A DNA stretch of 35,350 nt from an uncultured bacterium (lineage in GTDB: Bacteria > Krumholzibacteriota > Krumholzibacteriia > Krumholzibacteriales > Krumholzibacteriaceae). The DNA is taken from NCBI GenBank assembly GCA_965601905.1, contig CBFCXB010000002.1:1-35350 (forward strand), in the 5' to 3' direction. Below the pieces are notes generated by a model. It was not told the origin of the DNA. It was given only the letters and a program-made list of their open reading frames with translations, and did no database searches. Position 1 is the stretch's first letter. Each line of letters begins with the position of its first letter. Below are positions 15,603 to 25,002 of this stretch, one piece after another. A program made the translations under genes and the position numbers.

Positions 15603-16332
15603 CTCATAAAGGTAACGAGACACTGCCAAACCACCTTGCGTGACGTGTCTCAACCGCACTTCAGAGGCCTGAGCAGCAAGATCGCTTCGCTTCCTAAGTT
15701 TGGCATGAGAGCAGGCGGATCACGAACGCGTAGTTTTTTAATGCCTCGTTGATTACGATTATAGATTGCGCGTAGAAGATGTCAAGGAAAAAATACAAAA
15801 TATTATCAATTTTTATTTTATTTATTGATAGTAAGATGCGGATACAATCTTAGAATTTAGATTAAGTAAAACGCAGGAGGTGACAAAAACCACACACGGC
15901 TATGGATTGAGATTCAGCCGAAATGAACGCGTCTATAAAAAATATTATTGAGCTATTATACTATGAAAATATCATGATAAATTTTCGGGTCGCGCGTATG
16001 GACGCGCGGGGGGGTAAGGCGGGAGTGGAAATAAACATTCCCGCTGATACACCCATACTCAACGGGAATATTTATGAGACATTCGGTATTGGGTTCCTGA
16101 TCTTGCTACCGAAGCCACCAGAGAAGATCAATTATCCAGAATATCGGTAACACGGTGATCACCCCCAGTACAACTAAGCCTGACAATAGTCGGTTTAAAC
16201 CGCTACCTGCCTTTGAAACATCAAATATGTATTATTTGCATATGCTGTGCCGACAGTGGAAAGAACATGTCATATGAAGGTCTATCTTAAGAATTAACAA
16301 AACCTTGAGGGTAATAGAGAGAGTCGTGCAGA

Positions 16333-18804
16333 TTAAGATGGGTTATTGCGAAGTAGCACAATCGTCATATCATCTTTCAAATTGTTTAGGCCAAATGCAA
16401 TAATAGTGTCAAATAGCTTGGCAATCGCGTTTTCCAATGGAAGTTGTAAGTTATTTCTGAAAAATTCAACCAATCTCTTTTCTCCGAAATGCTCGCCTCG
16501 GTCGTTCTCCTGATCGATCAGGCCGTCCGTATAGATGACTACGAGAGAATTTGCCGGCAGCTTGACGATCCCCTCGCTGTAGTGTGGATGCTCCTCGACG
16601 CCGATCAGCATACCGCCCCTCTGTAAACGTTCGACGCTCCCGGACGGTGTGATGATGAGCGGTGGATAGGAACCGCCGTTCGAGTAACGGATGATGTCGC
16701 TTTGATTGTCGTACAGGGCGTAGAAGAAGGTGGCGAATTTCGTTGTATCGCTCCGTTCGTAGAGGGAAGAGCTGATGCTGGTGAGAACCTCATCGGTGGA
16801 TCGATCACGCACGGCTTCGGCACGGAACATCGCCTGCAGTGTTGTCATGAGCATGGCCGCAGGAATGCCCTTGCCCGACACGTCGGCAACAGCGATGCCG
16901 ATCGTTCCGTCCGACATATCGACGAAGTCGTAGAAATCACCTCCGACTTCCTTGCTCGGTTTCGTGCGGCCGGCGATCTCGGCGTTGGTCAGCAGCGGGG
17001 AGGCGGCGGGCAGCAACCGTTCCTGTATACTCTTGGCAAGCTGAAGCTCCTCCTGGAGCCTCTCCTTCTCGATCGAATCCCGGTATAGCTCGATAGTGCG
17101 GATCGAGGAGGCGCTCCGTTCGCCGATCAGTTCGAACAGTTCGGATTCCTGCTGGGTATACGGGCCGCGTGAAACTTTGCCGCCGACCAGTACGAATCCG
17201 AGAAGCTCGTGCTGATCAACGAGCGGAACGACAACCGCAGCGGCCGAGATCGAGAGAAGCTCGAGCGAGATTCTGTCGAGATTGTGCTTGATCCATATCG
17301 TATCGAAATACTCCATCATCAGGGGTAGCCCCTTGTCCTTCATGAGCTGCATCAAAGCGGTATTCGGCGGGAATGAGGTCAGGGGCGGTCGGTTCTTTTC
17401 CGGACAGCTCATCCGCAGCTTGAAGTAACCGCTTTCGTCCCTGAGAAAGAGGTGCACCGGATCTGCTCCGAAGATGTCATGAATTTCCCTTGTGATGAAA
17501 CGCGATATCTCCTCCGGCGAGAGCAGTAGGTGGATCCGGCGCGAGAACTCGATGAACTCCTCCCTGAATACCGCGCGGCTTCGGTAGAATGTACGGTCAA
17601 CGACGCGCTGCACGACGGCCCGTGCGGGCACGAAGGTGATCCCCAGCATTATGATGGCGATGACGGCGACGAATGCGCGCTCGAGCCCGATGACCGAACC
17701 GAAGCGGTCGAACAGCATATCGAATACGGCGTAATAGATCGCCACCAAGAGGCCCGAGGCAACGAAGAATACGAGCCCCTTCCGTAATACCAGCCCGAGA
17801 TCGAAGGCATCGTGCTTAAGGATCGCGTAGGCGAACGAAACCGAGATGAAGGCGAGAAACACGGCTGAGATATGTTGGTAGGGAATATCCAGTGTCGGCT
17901 GGAACTGCTTGATCAGCATGACGGCGGAGAAGGGAAGGATGCCGAGTGCCAACCCGGTGATGACCAGCCGTAACTTGATCTTCTGCGCGCTCTCGGAGAC
18001 GCGGTACGTCCTGATAAAGACGATCACGCTGGCCAGCATATAGAGGAACCAGTAGATGACGGTCACCGCATTGAGGAACGATGCGGTGCCGGCATGTATT
18101 CCCTTCGTGTACTTGTACAGCGCCAGGACGAATGTGGAGATGAATAACACGGCGGGGGGGAAGTAGAGAATCCTGATGACCATCGATCGTTTTGTCCCGC
18201 GTTTGCTCTCCGTTCCGGGGAATAGGATGAAGAAGTGGAGAAAAACGCTCGGGAGAAAGATAAAGAAAAAGTCATACACCAGCTCCCCGGCGATATGGAG
18301 GAATGGAACCGATGTGATGGGACGTTCAGTGATGATGAACGAGAAGAGGAAGCAGTTGATCATGAAGAGCGTGCCGAAGATGTCGGGGCGCTTGAGCGCC
18401 ACGATCAGACCGACGAGGATAAAGGAGCACGCGACCAGGAAAAAAGATATCTTGCGGTAGATCCGCTCCTGCCTCTGCGGCGCGCTCTGGACGAGAAGCT
18501 CGAATGTGGAATCGCCACGCGCGACCGTGTACCGTTGCGGCCGGAGTTCCGTATTCGAATATACGAGAAAATTGAAGTGGTTGAGGTTTCGCGGCACCCT
18601 GCCGTCCACGGCGAGTATCTTGTCCTGCCTGCGGAGCGGCGTCGCCGTGTTCGGGCTGTCCCGCAGGACGCTCTGGATGACTAGATTGTTGTGTTGTATA
18701 CCCGTGTAGGGCGACTGAGAGAAATCCTCGATGCCGAGAACGCCGAGAATAGCGATCAGCGCAGCCGCCGATACAACCAGGACCCGATACACCCTGATCA
18801 CCAT
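16333..18804 (-). CDS. membrane sensor PP2C-type (SpoIIE/RsbU-family) serine phosphatase with N-terminal PDZ-like domain, multi-TM block and GAF-like domain
   Basis: PP2C blocks: LAKSIQERLLP, EVGGDFYDF, IAVADVSGKGIPAAMLM, FATFFYALYD, VIYTDGLIDQEN. About 8-9 hydrophobic helices in the middle. Start moved to ATG 18804, preceded by GGGGAGGAAAGA. Confidence 0.85.
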   Translation of the reverse strand: MVIRVYRVLVVSAAALIAILGVLGIEDFSQSPYTGIQHNNLVIQSVLRDSPNTATPLRRQDKILAVDGRVPRNLNHFNFLVYSNTELRPQRYTVARGDSTFELLVQSAPQRQERIYRKISFFLVACSFILVGLIVALKRPDIFGTLFMINCFLFSFIITERPITSVPFLHIAGELVYDFFFIFLPSVFLHFFILFPGTESKRGTKRSMVIRILYFPPAVLFISTFVLALYKYTKGIHAGTASFLNAVTVIYWFLYMLASVIVFIRTYRVSESAQKIKLRLVITGLALGILPFSAVMLIKQFQPTLDIPYQHISAVFLAFISVSFAYAILKHDAFDLGLVLRKGLVFFVASGLLVAIYYAVFDMLFDRFGSVIGLERAFVAVIAIIMLGITFVPARAVVQRVVDRTFYRSRAVFREEFIEFSRRIHLLLSPEEISRFITREIHDIFGADPVHLFLRDESGYFKLRMSCPEKNRPPLTSFPPNTALMQLMKDKGLPLMMEYFDTIWIKHNLDRISLELLSISAAAVVVPLVDQHELLGFVLVGGKVSRGPYTQQESELFELIGERSASSIRTIELYRDSIEKERLQEELQLAKSIQERLLPAASPLLTNAEIAGRTKPSKEVGGDFYDFVDMSDGTIGIAVADVSGKGIPAAMLMTTLQAMFRAEAVRDRSTDEVLTSISSSLYERSDTTKFATFFYALYDNQSDIIRYSNGGSYPPLIITPSGSVERLQRGGMLIGVEEHPHYSEGIVKLPANSLVVIYTDGLIDQENDRGEHFGEKRLVEFFRNNLQLPLENAIAKLFDTIIAFGLNNLKDDMTIVLLRNNPS

Positions 18805-18948
18805 TCTTTCCTCCCCGGTGAAGGCTGACTCAGAGATTTGCAAAACGGCTCCGGTCTGTCAATCGCTTTTCTTACGGGGCGGCAGGTATAATTTGCTTGA
18901 AAAGAATTCGGGCACAGTGTTAATTAATAGCGAAAGGAGGGCATTGAA

Positions 18949-19614
18949 TTGGCGCGTAAACTGTCACGCAAAGAGATCAGGAAAGACCCATTCATAACTG
19001 CTACCCTGAACGCCTGGGAATACATCCGCGAGCATCAGGGAACCGTTTTTGCCGGCCTCATCGTTCTGGTAGTGGTGATCGCCGCCGCCGCCTGGATGCA
19101 GAACTCGCGGCGCGGCGGGCGAATCGAGGCCATCACACAGTTTTCGGAAGCCCTGTCGGCGTTCCGCATTGGAGATGTCAAAACAGCGGAACAGCTGTTC
19201 GCGATGGTTCATGAAAACCACGCTTCGACTGAGGAAGGGATCCACGCACTCTACTTTATCGGCACGTGCACCCTTATCGAGGGAAACTATTCAGCGGCGA
19301 TCGAATCATTCGACCGGTACCTTGCTAATAGCACTAAACACAATGACTTCCATGATGCCGCGATGGATGGAAAGGGCATCGCGTTGATGAATCAAGAGCG
19401 GTACTCGGAGGCGGCGGAACTATACGGCGAACTTGCCCGCACTATAAAAACGAACACATTCATGGAAACGGTATACCTCCGCCGGGCTGCTGAGAACTAC
19501 AAGCTCAGCGATCGACCGGACCAGGCCGTGAAGATTATGCAGCAGCATCTCGAAAAAACCACAGGCACCGAACGGCGCGATCTCGAGGTGGAGATCACCA
19601 TCCTCAGCGGCTAG
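18949..19614 (+). CDS. membrane-anchored TPR-like protein (YfgM-like architecture)
   Basis: One N-terminal TM helix (VFAGLIVLVVVIAAAAW) followed by a TPR-like helical domain. TTG start preceded by AAAGGAGGG. Confidence 0.6.
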   Translation: MARKLSRKEIRKDPFITATLNAWEYIREHQGTVFAGLIVLVVVIAAAAWMQNSRRGGRIEAITQFSEALSAFRIGDVKTAEQLFAMVHENHASTEEGIHALYFIGTCTLIEGNYSAAIESFDRYLANSTKHNDFHDAAMDGKGIALMNQERYSEAAELYGELARTIKTNTFMETVYLRRAAENYKLSDRPDQAVKIMQQHLEKTTGTERRDLEVEITILSG

Positions 19615-19660
19615 CCGGGTCTGACACGCTCACCCGGCAATCCGCTCTGTATACGGAGCA

Positions 19661-20077
19661 ATGATGGAAGAGACAAAAAAAGATACGGTACCCGAGGCGG
19701 GGGAGGAAACGGAACCACAATCTCCCTCGGATCGGTCGCGGTGGATCGCTGCTGTCGGCTATGTGTTGTTTCTCTGCTTTTTCTCGCTTTGTCGCGCGGG
19801 GAGAGATCCATTCATTCGATTTCACGCCCGTCAGGCATTTCTCCTGTTTCTCGCCGAATGCGTCGTCATCGTCATGACGATCATTCTTGACATGACGATA
19901 GGTAAACTGCGGTTTTTCGGTATGGTGGTGATCGGTCTGTTTCAACTGATTGTTGGACTCGGGGCATTGACGGTATCCGTCCTGGGATTCGTGAAGGCCT
20001 TATTCGGGGAGTACTGGCATCTCCCGTTTCTCGGCGAGTACAGCGAGCGGGTGCCGGTGCTGCGGCGAGAGGAGTAG
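19661..20077 (+). CDS. small membrane protein, DUF4870-like
   Basis: Acidic N-terminus, three hydrophobic helices, and a DPFIRFHARQAFLL motif reminiscent of DUF4870. The family assignment is tentative. Confidence 0.5.
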   Translation: MMEETKKDTVPEAGEETEPQSPSDRSRWIAAVGYVLFLCFFSLCRAGRDPFIRFHARQAFLLFLAECVVIVMTIILDMTIGKLRFFGMVVIGLFQLIVGLGALTVSVLGFVKALFGEYWHLPFLGEYSERVPVLRREE

Positions 20078-20098
20078 CAGGAAGGAAACATTTTTTTC

Positions 20099-20128
20099 TT
20101 GACACTCGAAAAGATGTACGAGTAACCT
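20099..20128 (+). promoter_or_regulatory. possible sigma-70-type promoter for the 189-aa secreted protein gene
   Basis: TTGACA, 18 nt, TAACCT. A strong SD (AGGAGG at 20204-20209) precedes ATG 20218. Confidence 0.3.
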
Positions 20129-20217
20129 TCAGCAGCGAAATATAAAGAAACAGCATTTAGCGGAAACAACCGGTGAAATGTAGTTGAAAGAGGTAAGAGG
20201 AAAAGGAGGATAGGGAG

Positions 20218-20787
20218 ATGAAGAAACTGTCATTGACCGCCGTTCTCGTGATTCTGATGGCAACCTGCGTATGCGCACATGAGGGTTCGCTCGGCCTATT
20301 CACCGCGGAAACTGCCTTGGATTGCGATTATAAACCAGCGGCTCCCATAGAGCAGATTACATTGTATTTGGTATACTACAAGAGCGACTCCGGGCCGAAC
20401 GGCATCACCGCATTCGAGTTTATGCTGGAAATAAGCTCGAATGTTTGGTTCACATCAGCAACATGGCAGCAGGGATTCATCACAAACGGGGCTGTCATGA
20501 GCGGGATCTCGGTCGCCTCGCAGGGCTGCTTCGGATCGGGCATGACGTACGCGCCGCTCGGCAATATCAAGGTATTCCTGACAACTCTCGATAACTTCGA
20601 AAATCAATACGCGAGGATTGTTCCGGATCCGGGAGCTGAATTTCCACATGTCTATATTTCGATGTGTGATGAGGATCGTACGATGCACGAGGTTCTCGGT
20701 GGGTGGTTCTTGTTCAACGAGGGAGCGTGCCTAACGGGGACTGAGACGACGAGCTGGGGCGCAATCAAATCGATATACCGGAACTGA
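20218..20787 (+). CDS. secreted hypothetical protein; stand-alone copy of the Cys-containing domain found at the N-terminus of the islet cargo
   Basis: Signal peptide MKKLSLTAVLVILMATCVCA and a strong SD. Blocks GSLGLFTAETALDC, NGITAFEFMLEISSNV and SGISVASQGCF align with the 808-aa protein. Confidence 0.7.
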   Translation: MKKLSLTAVLVILMATCVCAHEGSLGLFTAETALDCDYKPAAPIEQITLYLVYYKSDSGPNGITAFEFMLEISSNVWFTSATWQQGFITNGAVMSGISVASQGCFGSGMTYAPLGNIKVFLTTLDNFENQYARIVPDPGAEFPHVYISMCDEDRTMHEVLGGWFLFNEGACLTGTETTSWGAIKSIYRN

Positions 20788-20801
20788 TCCAATCACCGGG
20801 A

Positions 20802-20834
20802 GGGAGGCGCCACGAGCTGGGGCGCCTCCCTTTT
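20802..20834 (+). terminator. rho-independent terminator
   Basis: GGGAGGCGCC (20802-20811), 9-nt loop, GGCGCCTCCC (20821-20830), followed by TTTT. Confidence 0.7.
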
Positions 20835-20987
20835 AATAGTTATCCGAAATGGCGCATAATATATATTATGTTAACCAAGAGAGGCTGCATTCCTTTTTCT
20901 ATACTACCCAATGCACTACTGTTCTTATGAGATATCTCTTTAAATATGAATCGCTTACGCTGCTGGTTCGCCGCCGTCGGCAACTCA

Positions 20988-23495
20988 CTACAGAACGATA
21001 TTTACGAGTCGCCCCGGAACAACGATTACCTTACGAATCTTTGTTGCATCGACGAGTGATCTGATACGTTCATCGGATAATGCAATCTCCCGCAAGCGTT
21101 CCTCATCACTGTCATGCTCAACCTCTGCTCGTGATCTTATTTTCCCGTTCACCTGTATCACCAACGTATAGAGGTCGTCGGCGATATAATCACTGTCCGG
21201 CTCGGGGATCCTCTGTTTCATGATCGTTTCCTCGAATCCCATGCGTGACCACAATTCCTCGCACAGGTGCGGCGCCATGGGCGCGAGCAGCTTGACAACG
21301 GTCACGAACGCATTTCGGAACACCGCCCGGGAATCTTCGCTGCCGGCATGGAATGCCTTATTGTTTTTGATAAACAGGTATATCTCGTTCGTCAATTCCA
21401 TCAACGCGCTGATAGCCGTGTTGAAATGGAAATCCCCGCCGAGGATGTCACGCTTTACCCGGTGAATGGTCTGCTGTGTCTTTCTGTATAACGAAATTTG
21501 TTCTTTATCTGAGGTTATAAGATTTACCGAAATATTGGTATCGGCGACGCTACTGACGATCTCCTCGTGCTTCGAGTAGAGGCGCCAAAGCCTGTTCACG
21601 AAGCGATAAGCGCCTTCTACGGCACGATCGTTCCACTCGGCGTCTTTCTCCGGCGGCCCGATGAAAAGGGTGTATAAACGGACCGTATCTGCGCCGTATC
21701 GATCGATCAGGGGATCGGGATTGACGACATTCCCGCCCCGTTTCGACATCTTCGCGCCGTTTCGCGTGATCATCCCCTGCGTGAAAAGCCGCTCGAACGG
21801 CTCGTCGAATCCGACCAGGCCCTCGCTTTCGAGGAACTTCACGATGAAGCGCGCGTACAGCAGGTGGAGGATCGCGTGCTCGATACCGCCGATATACTGG
21901 TCGACGGGGAGCCATCGGTTGGCCCGGGGACCATCGAATGCCCGATCTGAATCGTGCGGCGACACGTATCGGAGAAAGTACCAGCTCGAATCAACAAAGG
22001 TGTCCATCGTATCGGTATCGCGCTCGGCCGGACCACCGCATGCCGGACAGGTCGTGTCAACAAATTCCGGCACCCTCTCGAGTGGACTCTTCCCGTCACC
22101 CCGCGGCATGAAGTCAACGTCGTCCGGCAGCACGACGGGGAGATCCTCCTCGGGCACCGGTACGGCCCCGCATTTTTCACAGTGTATCATCGGAATCGGC
22201 GCACCCCAGTACCGCTGGCGCGAGATAAGCCAATCCTTCAAACGGTAATGCACGGTCCGCTTTGCATAATCCTTGCCGGCGAGATGGTCGGTTATCCGGT
22301 CCATGGCGACCCGGCTGGGCAACCCGTCGAACCTCCCGGAATTGACCATTATTCCATCTTCAACGTAGGCGGCGGTGAGCTCTGCCGCTTCCGCGCCCTC
22401 GGGTCTTATAACCTCGACAACCGGTATCTCGACAGGCGATTGGTGCACAAACTCGAAGTCTCTCTGATCATGGGCCGGCACACCCATCACCACACCGGTG
22501 CCGTACTCCATCAGCACATAGCTGGCGAGGAAGATCGGTATGCGCTCTTCGGCGGCGGGGTTGATTGCGTAGCAACCGGTAAAGAATCCCTCTTTTGTCG
22601 CCTCGGCCTTTTCCCGGTCGGACACCTGTACATGCCGGGCGTGCTGTATGAATGCCCTCCCCTCCTCCTCCGTCCCCCCCTCTTGCAGCAAGCGCACGGC
22701 GAGCGGGTGGTCGACGGCGATGACGATGAAGGTGGCTCCGAAGATCGTGTCGATCCGCGTCGTGAAACAATCCAGGACGGTATCGCTTCCCTCGAGGGGA
22801 AAACCGACTTCGACGCCCTCACTTCTTCCGATCCAGTTACGCTGCATCACCCGCACCCGTTCGGGCCAGTTTTCGAGTTTATCGATGTCTTCGAGAAGCC
22901 TGTCGGCGTAGCGCCGGATGCGGAAAAACCACTGTTTGAGATTTCTGGTCTCGACCTCGCTGGAGCATCGCTCGCAATACCCTCCCACGACCTGCTCGTT
23001 CGCCAGCACCGTCTTGCACGAGGGACACCAGTTGACGGGCGCCTCCTCTTGGTAGGCGAGACCGGCCCGGTGGAGACGCAGGAAGAGCCATTGCGTCCAG
23101 CGGTAATAGTCGGGGCGGCAGGAGGTGACTTCGCGGGACCAGTCGTAGATGACGCCCCACCGGTAGAACTGACGTTTCATGTTGGCAATATTCTGCTCGG
23201 TCCACGTGGCGGGGTGGATCGCGTGCTGTATGGCCGCATTCTCGGCCGGGAGTCCGAACGCGTCCCATCCCATCGGGGCCAGCACGTTCTTGCCCTCCAT
23301 CATCATGATTCTCGCGAGGGCGTCCCCGATAATGTAGTTCCGGCCGTGACCGACATGGAGATCGCCGGAAGGGTAGGGAAACATCATGAGGCAGTAATAC
23401 TTCTCCTCGGCCCGATCGATATCACACCGGAATATTTCTTCCCAGCGCTCCTGCCACTTCTTTTCCACCTCTTGGAAGGGGAAAACATCACTCAT
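20988..23495 (-). CDS. leuS: leucine--tRNA ligase
   Basis: 835 aa. Class I HIGH ([15 protein letters not shown]) and KMSKS ([10 protein letters not shown]) motifs. N-terminus [10 protein letters not shown], and the CP1 editing region. Confidence 0.97.
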   Translation of the reverse strand: MSDVFPFQEVEKKWQERWEEIFRCDIDRAEEKYYCLMMFPYPSGDLHVGHGRNYIIGDALARIMMMEGKNVLAPMGWDAFGLPAENAAIQHAIHPATWTEQNIANMKRQFYRWGVIYDWSREVTSCRPDYYRWTQWLFLRLHRAGLAYQEEAPVNWCPSCKTVLANEQVVGGYCERCSSEVETRNLKQWFFRIRRYADRLLEDIDKLENWPERVRVMQRNWIGRSEGVEVGFPLEGSDTVLDCFTTRIDTIFGATFIVIAVDHPLAVRLLQEGGTEEEGRAFIQHARHVQVSDREKAEATKEGFFTGCYAINPAAEERIPIFLASYVLMEYGTGVVMGVPAHDQRDFEFVHQSPVEIPVVEVIRPEGAEAAELTAAYVEDGIMVNSGRFDGLPSRVAMDRITDHLAGKDYAKRTVHYRLKDWLISRQRYWGAPIPMIHCEKCGAVPVPEEDLPVVLPDDVDFMPRGDGKSPLERVPEFVDTTCPACGGPAERDTDTMDTFVDSSWYFLRYVSPHDSDRAFDGPRANRWLPVDQYIGGIEHAILHLLYARFIVKFLESEGLVGFDEPFERLFTQGMITRNGAKMSKRGGNVVNPDPLIDRYGADTVRLYTLFIGPPEKDAEWNDRAVEGAYRFVNRLWRLYSKHEEIVSSVADTNISVNLITSDKEQISLYRKTQQTIHRVKRDILGGDFHFNTAISALMELTNEIYLFIKNNKAFHAGSEDSRAVFRNAFVTVVKLLAPMAPHLCEELWSRMGFEETIMKQRIPEPDSDYIADDLYTLVIQVNGKIRSRAEVEHDSDEERLREIALSDERIRSLVDATKIRKVIVVPGRLVNIVL

Positions 23496-23585
23496 TGAGC
23501 TCCATCCTTTGCAACTGCATTACCCGCGAACACAAGAAATGCATCACCTTTGTAAACGAAAAGATACGGTGTATGGGGGAGACAC

Positions 23586-23921
23586 TCAAGAGGATTTGAG
23601 CAGCCGGTCCAATTTATCCACGAGCATCTCTCTGGAGAGTGATCCCACGGCCTGATCGACGATCTCCCCGTCTTCGAAGAACAGCAGCATGGGGAGGCTC
23701 CGCACGGCATACCGCGATGCCGTCATGTTGCTCTCATTCACATCCACCTTGAAGAACGAAACCTTTCCCGCATACTCGCGTGCCATCTCCCGAAGTACGA
23801 CGTCGAGCTGTTTGCACGGCGTGCACCAATGTGCCCAGAAATCGACGACGGCCGGCTTACCCGATTCAAGCACCTTATCTCTAAAGTCGCCATCTTTGAT
23901 TGTACCTACTGTCCCATCCAT
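23586..23921 (-). CDS. thioredoxin (active site WCTPC)
   Basis: 111 aa. VVDFWAHWCTPCKQL...FKVDVNE...RSLPMLLFFEDGE is the thioredoxin fold signature. Confidence 0.85.
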   Translation of the reverse strand: MDGTVGTIKDGDFRDKVLESGKPAVVDFWAHWCTPCKQLDVVLREMAREYAGKVSFFKVDVNESNMTASRYAVRSLPMLLFFEDGEIVDQAVGSLSREMLVDKLDRLLKSS

Positions 23922-23966
23922 TGCTTGTCAACTCCATGTTGCATCAACCAAGAATTTGTACATCGC

Positions 23967-25001
23967 TCATGCCGCCTCACCCAGCCGAAAGCGATCGTCG
24001 AGCGGCTTTCCTCTCATCGAATGGAGGATCGCGCCGAAGAGCAACGTTTCGGCCGGAAACGAGGTACTCTTCATTACAAGCTCCGTGATACGGAGATTTT
24101 CGAGCCAGAGCATGATCTCCCCGATACTATAGCTACCCGCCTTCCGCTTCAAGTGATCAACGCGGTATCCGCTTCCCCGCAGGCCGAGCTTTACCTTGAA
24201 GAGGGTGAGAAAATGCCTGATCAGGTGGTACGTGATGGCAGACGGCTTCTCGGCGCCGGTTTCCAGAATGCGCCAGAGAATCGCGAGAACATCGATATCG
24301 GTCCCCGACCCGATCCGTTCGATGAACTCGAACACGGCATGCATCCGGTGACTGCCCAAAACGCGCGCCAGATCCCGGACGGCGACGCGTTCACCCGCGT
24401 ACAGGAGCGATAATTTTTGGAGTTCGTTCTGGATGTCGAAGAGGTTCTCCCCGACGCTCCGAACGAGCGCGGCGGCGGTACTTCCATCGAGCTCGATCCC
24501 CATACGCTTCGCCTTTGCGGACACCCAGCGTTGCACTCCCTTTTCGTGCAACTGCTCGAACTGGATCACCGATCCCGCCGCCTCGACGGCTCTCTCGAGT
24601 TTTCTGAAATCGCGCGGCGCGTTTATCTTCCTGCCTCGTTCGTCATGCGTGACGAAGAAGAATACGACGACGCTCGATCCGGCGGGATTTTTACAGTAGT
24701 CGACGAGCGGCGCCCAGCTTCCGCGGAGCCGTTCCATCTCCTTGAGCAACAGCACGCGCCGTTCGGCGAGAAATGGGTACGATGCGGCGGTCGAGACGAA
24801 CGCCTCGATGTCGACCTCGGAGCCGTACGAAACGGTCAGGTTGAAACTGCGCAACTCCTGCGGAACGGCCGCCTCGACGATCCGCGCCGCCATCTCCTCC
24901 ATGATGAAACGCTCCGGACCCCGGAACAGGTAGACGGGGGCAGGCGCTCCGGTATCCAGATCCTTGAAGAGCCGCCGGTAGTACGCGAGATCGACCTTCA
25001 T
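23967..25001 (-). CDS. holA: DNA polymerase III subunit delta
   Basis: 344 aa. PVYLFRGPERFIMEE near the N-terminus. Size and position next to lptE and leuS match the known leuS-lptE-holA neighbourhood. Confidence 0.8.
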   Translation of the reverse strand: MKVDLAYYRRLFKDLDTGAPAPVYLFRGPERFIMEEMAARIVEAAVPQELRSFNLTVSYGSEVDIEAFVSTAASYPFLAERRVLLLKEMERLRGSWAPLVDYCKNPAGSSVVVFFFVTHDERGRKINAPRDFRKLERAVEAAGSVIQFEQLHEKGVQRWVSAKAKRMGIELDGSTAAALVRSVGENLFDIQNELQKLSLLYAGERVAVRDLARVLGSHRMHAVFEFIERIGSGTDIDVLAILWRILETGAEKPSAITYHLIRHFLTLFKVKLGLRGSGYRVDHLKRKAGSYSIGEIMLWLENLRITELVMKSTSFPAETLLFGAILHSMRGKPLDDRFRLGEAA

Positions 25002-25002
25002 C

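Noticed and set aside
15206-15643. 145-aa + strand ORF spanning the attR repeat and the hairpin
   Set aside because: It runs through the orphan tRNA 3' half and the terminator hairpin, has no SD and no recognisable motif. It is most likely spurious.
15923-16150. 75-aa + strand ORF in the AT-rich spacer
   Set aside because: It has no SD, no recognisable family and very AT-rich codons. I cannot support it as a gene without conservation or expression data.
21954-23498. 514-aa ORF on the + strand
   Set aside because: It lies entirely antisense to leuS. The composition is low-complexity and Arg/Gly/Pro/His-rich, typical of shadow ORFs in high-G+C coding DNA, and it has no recognisable motifs.
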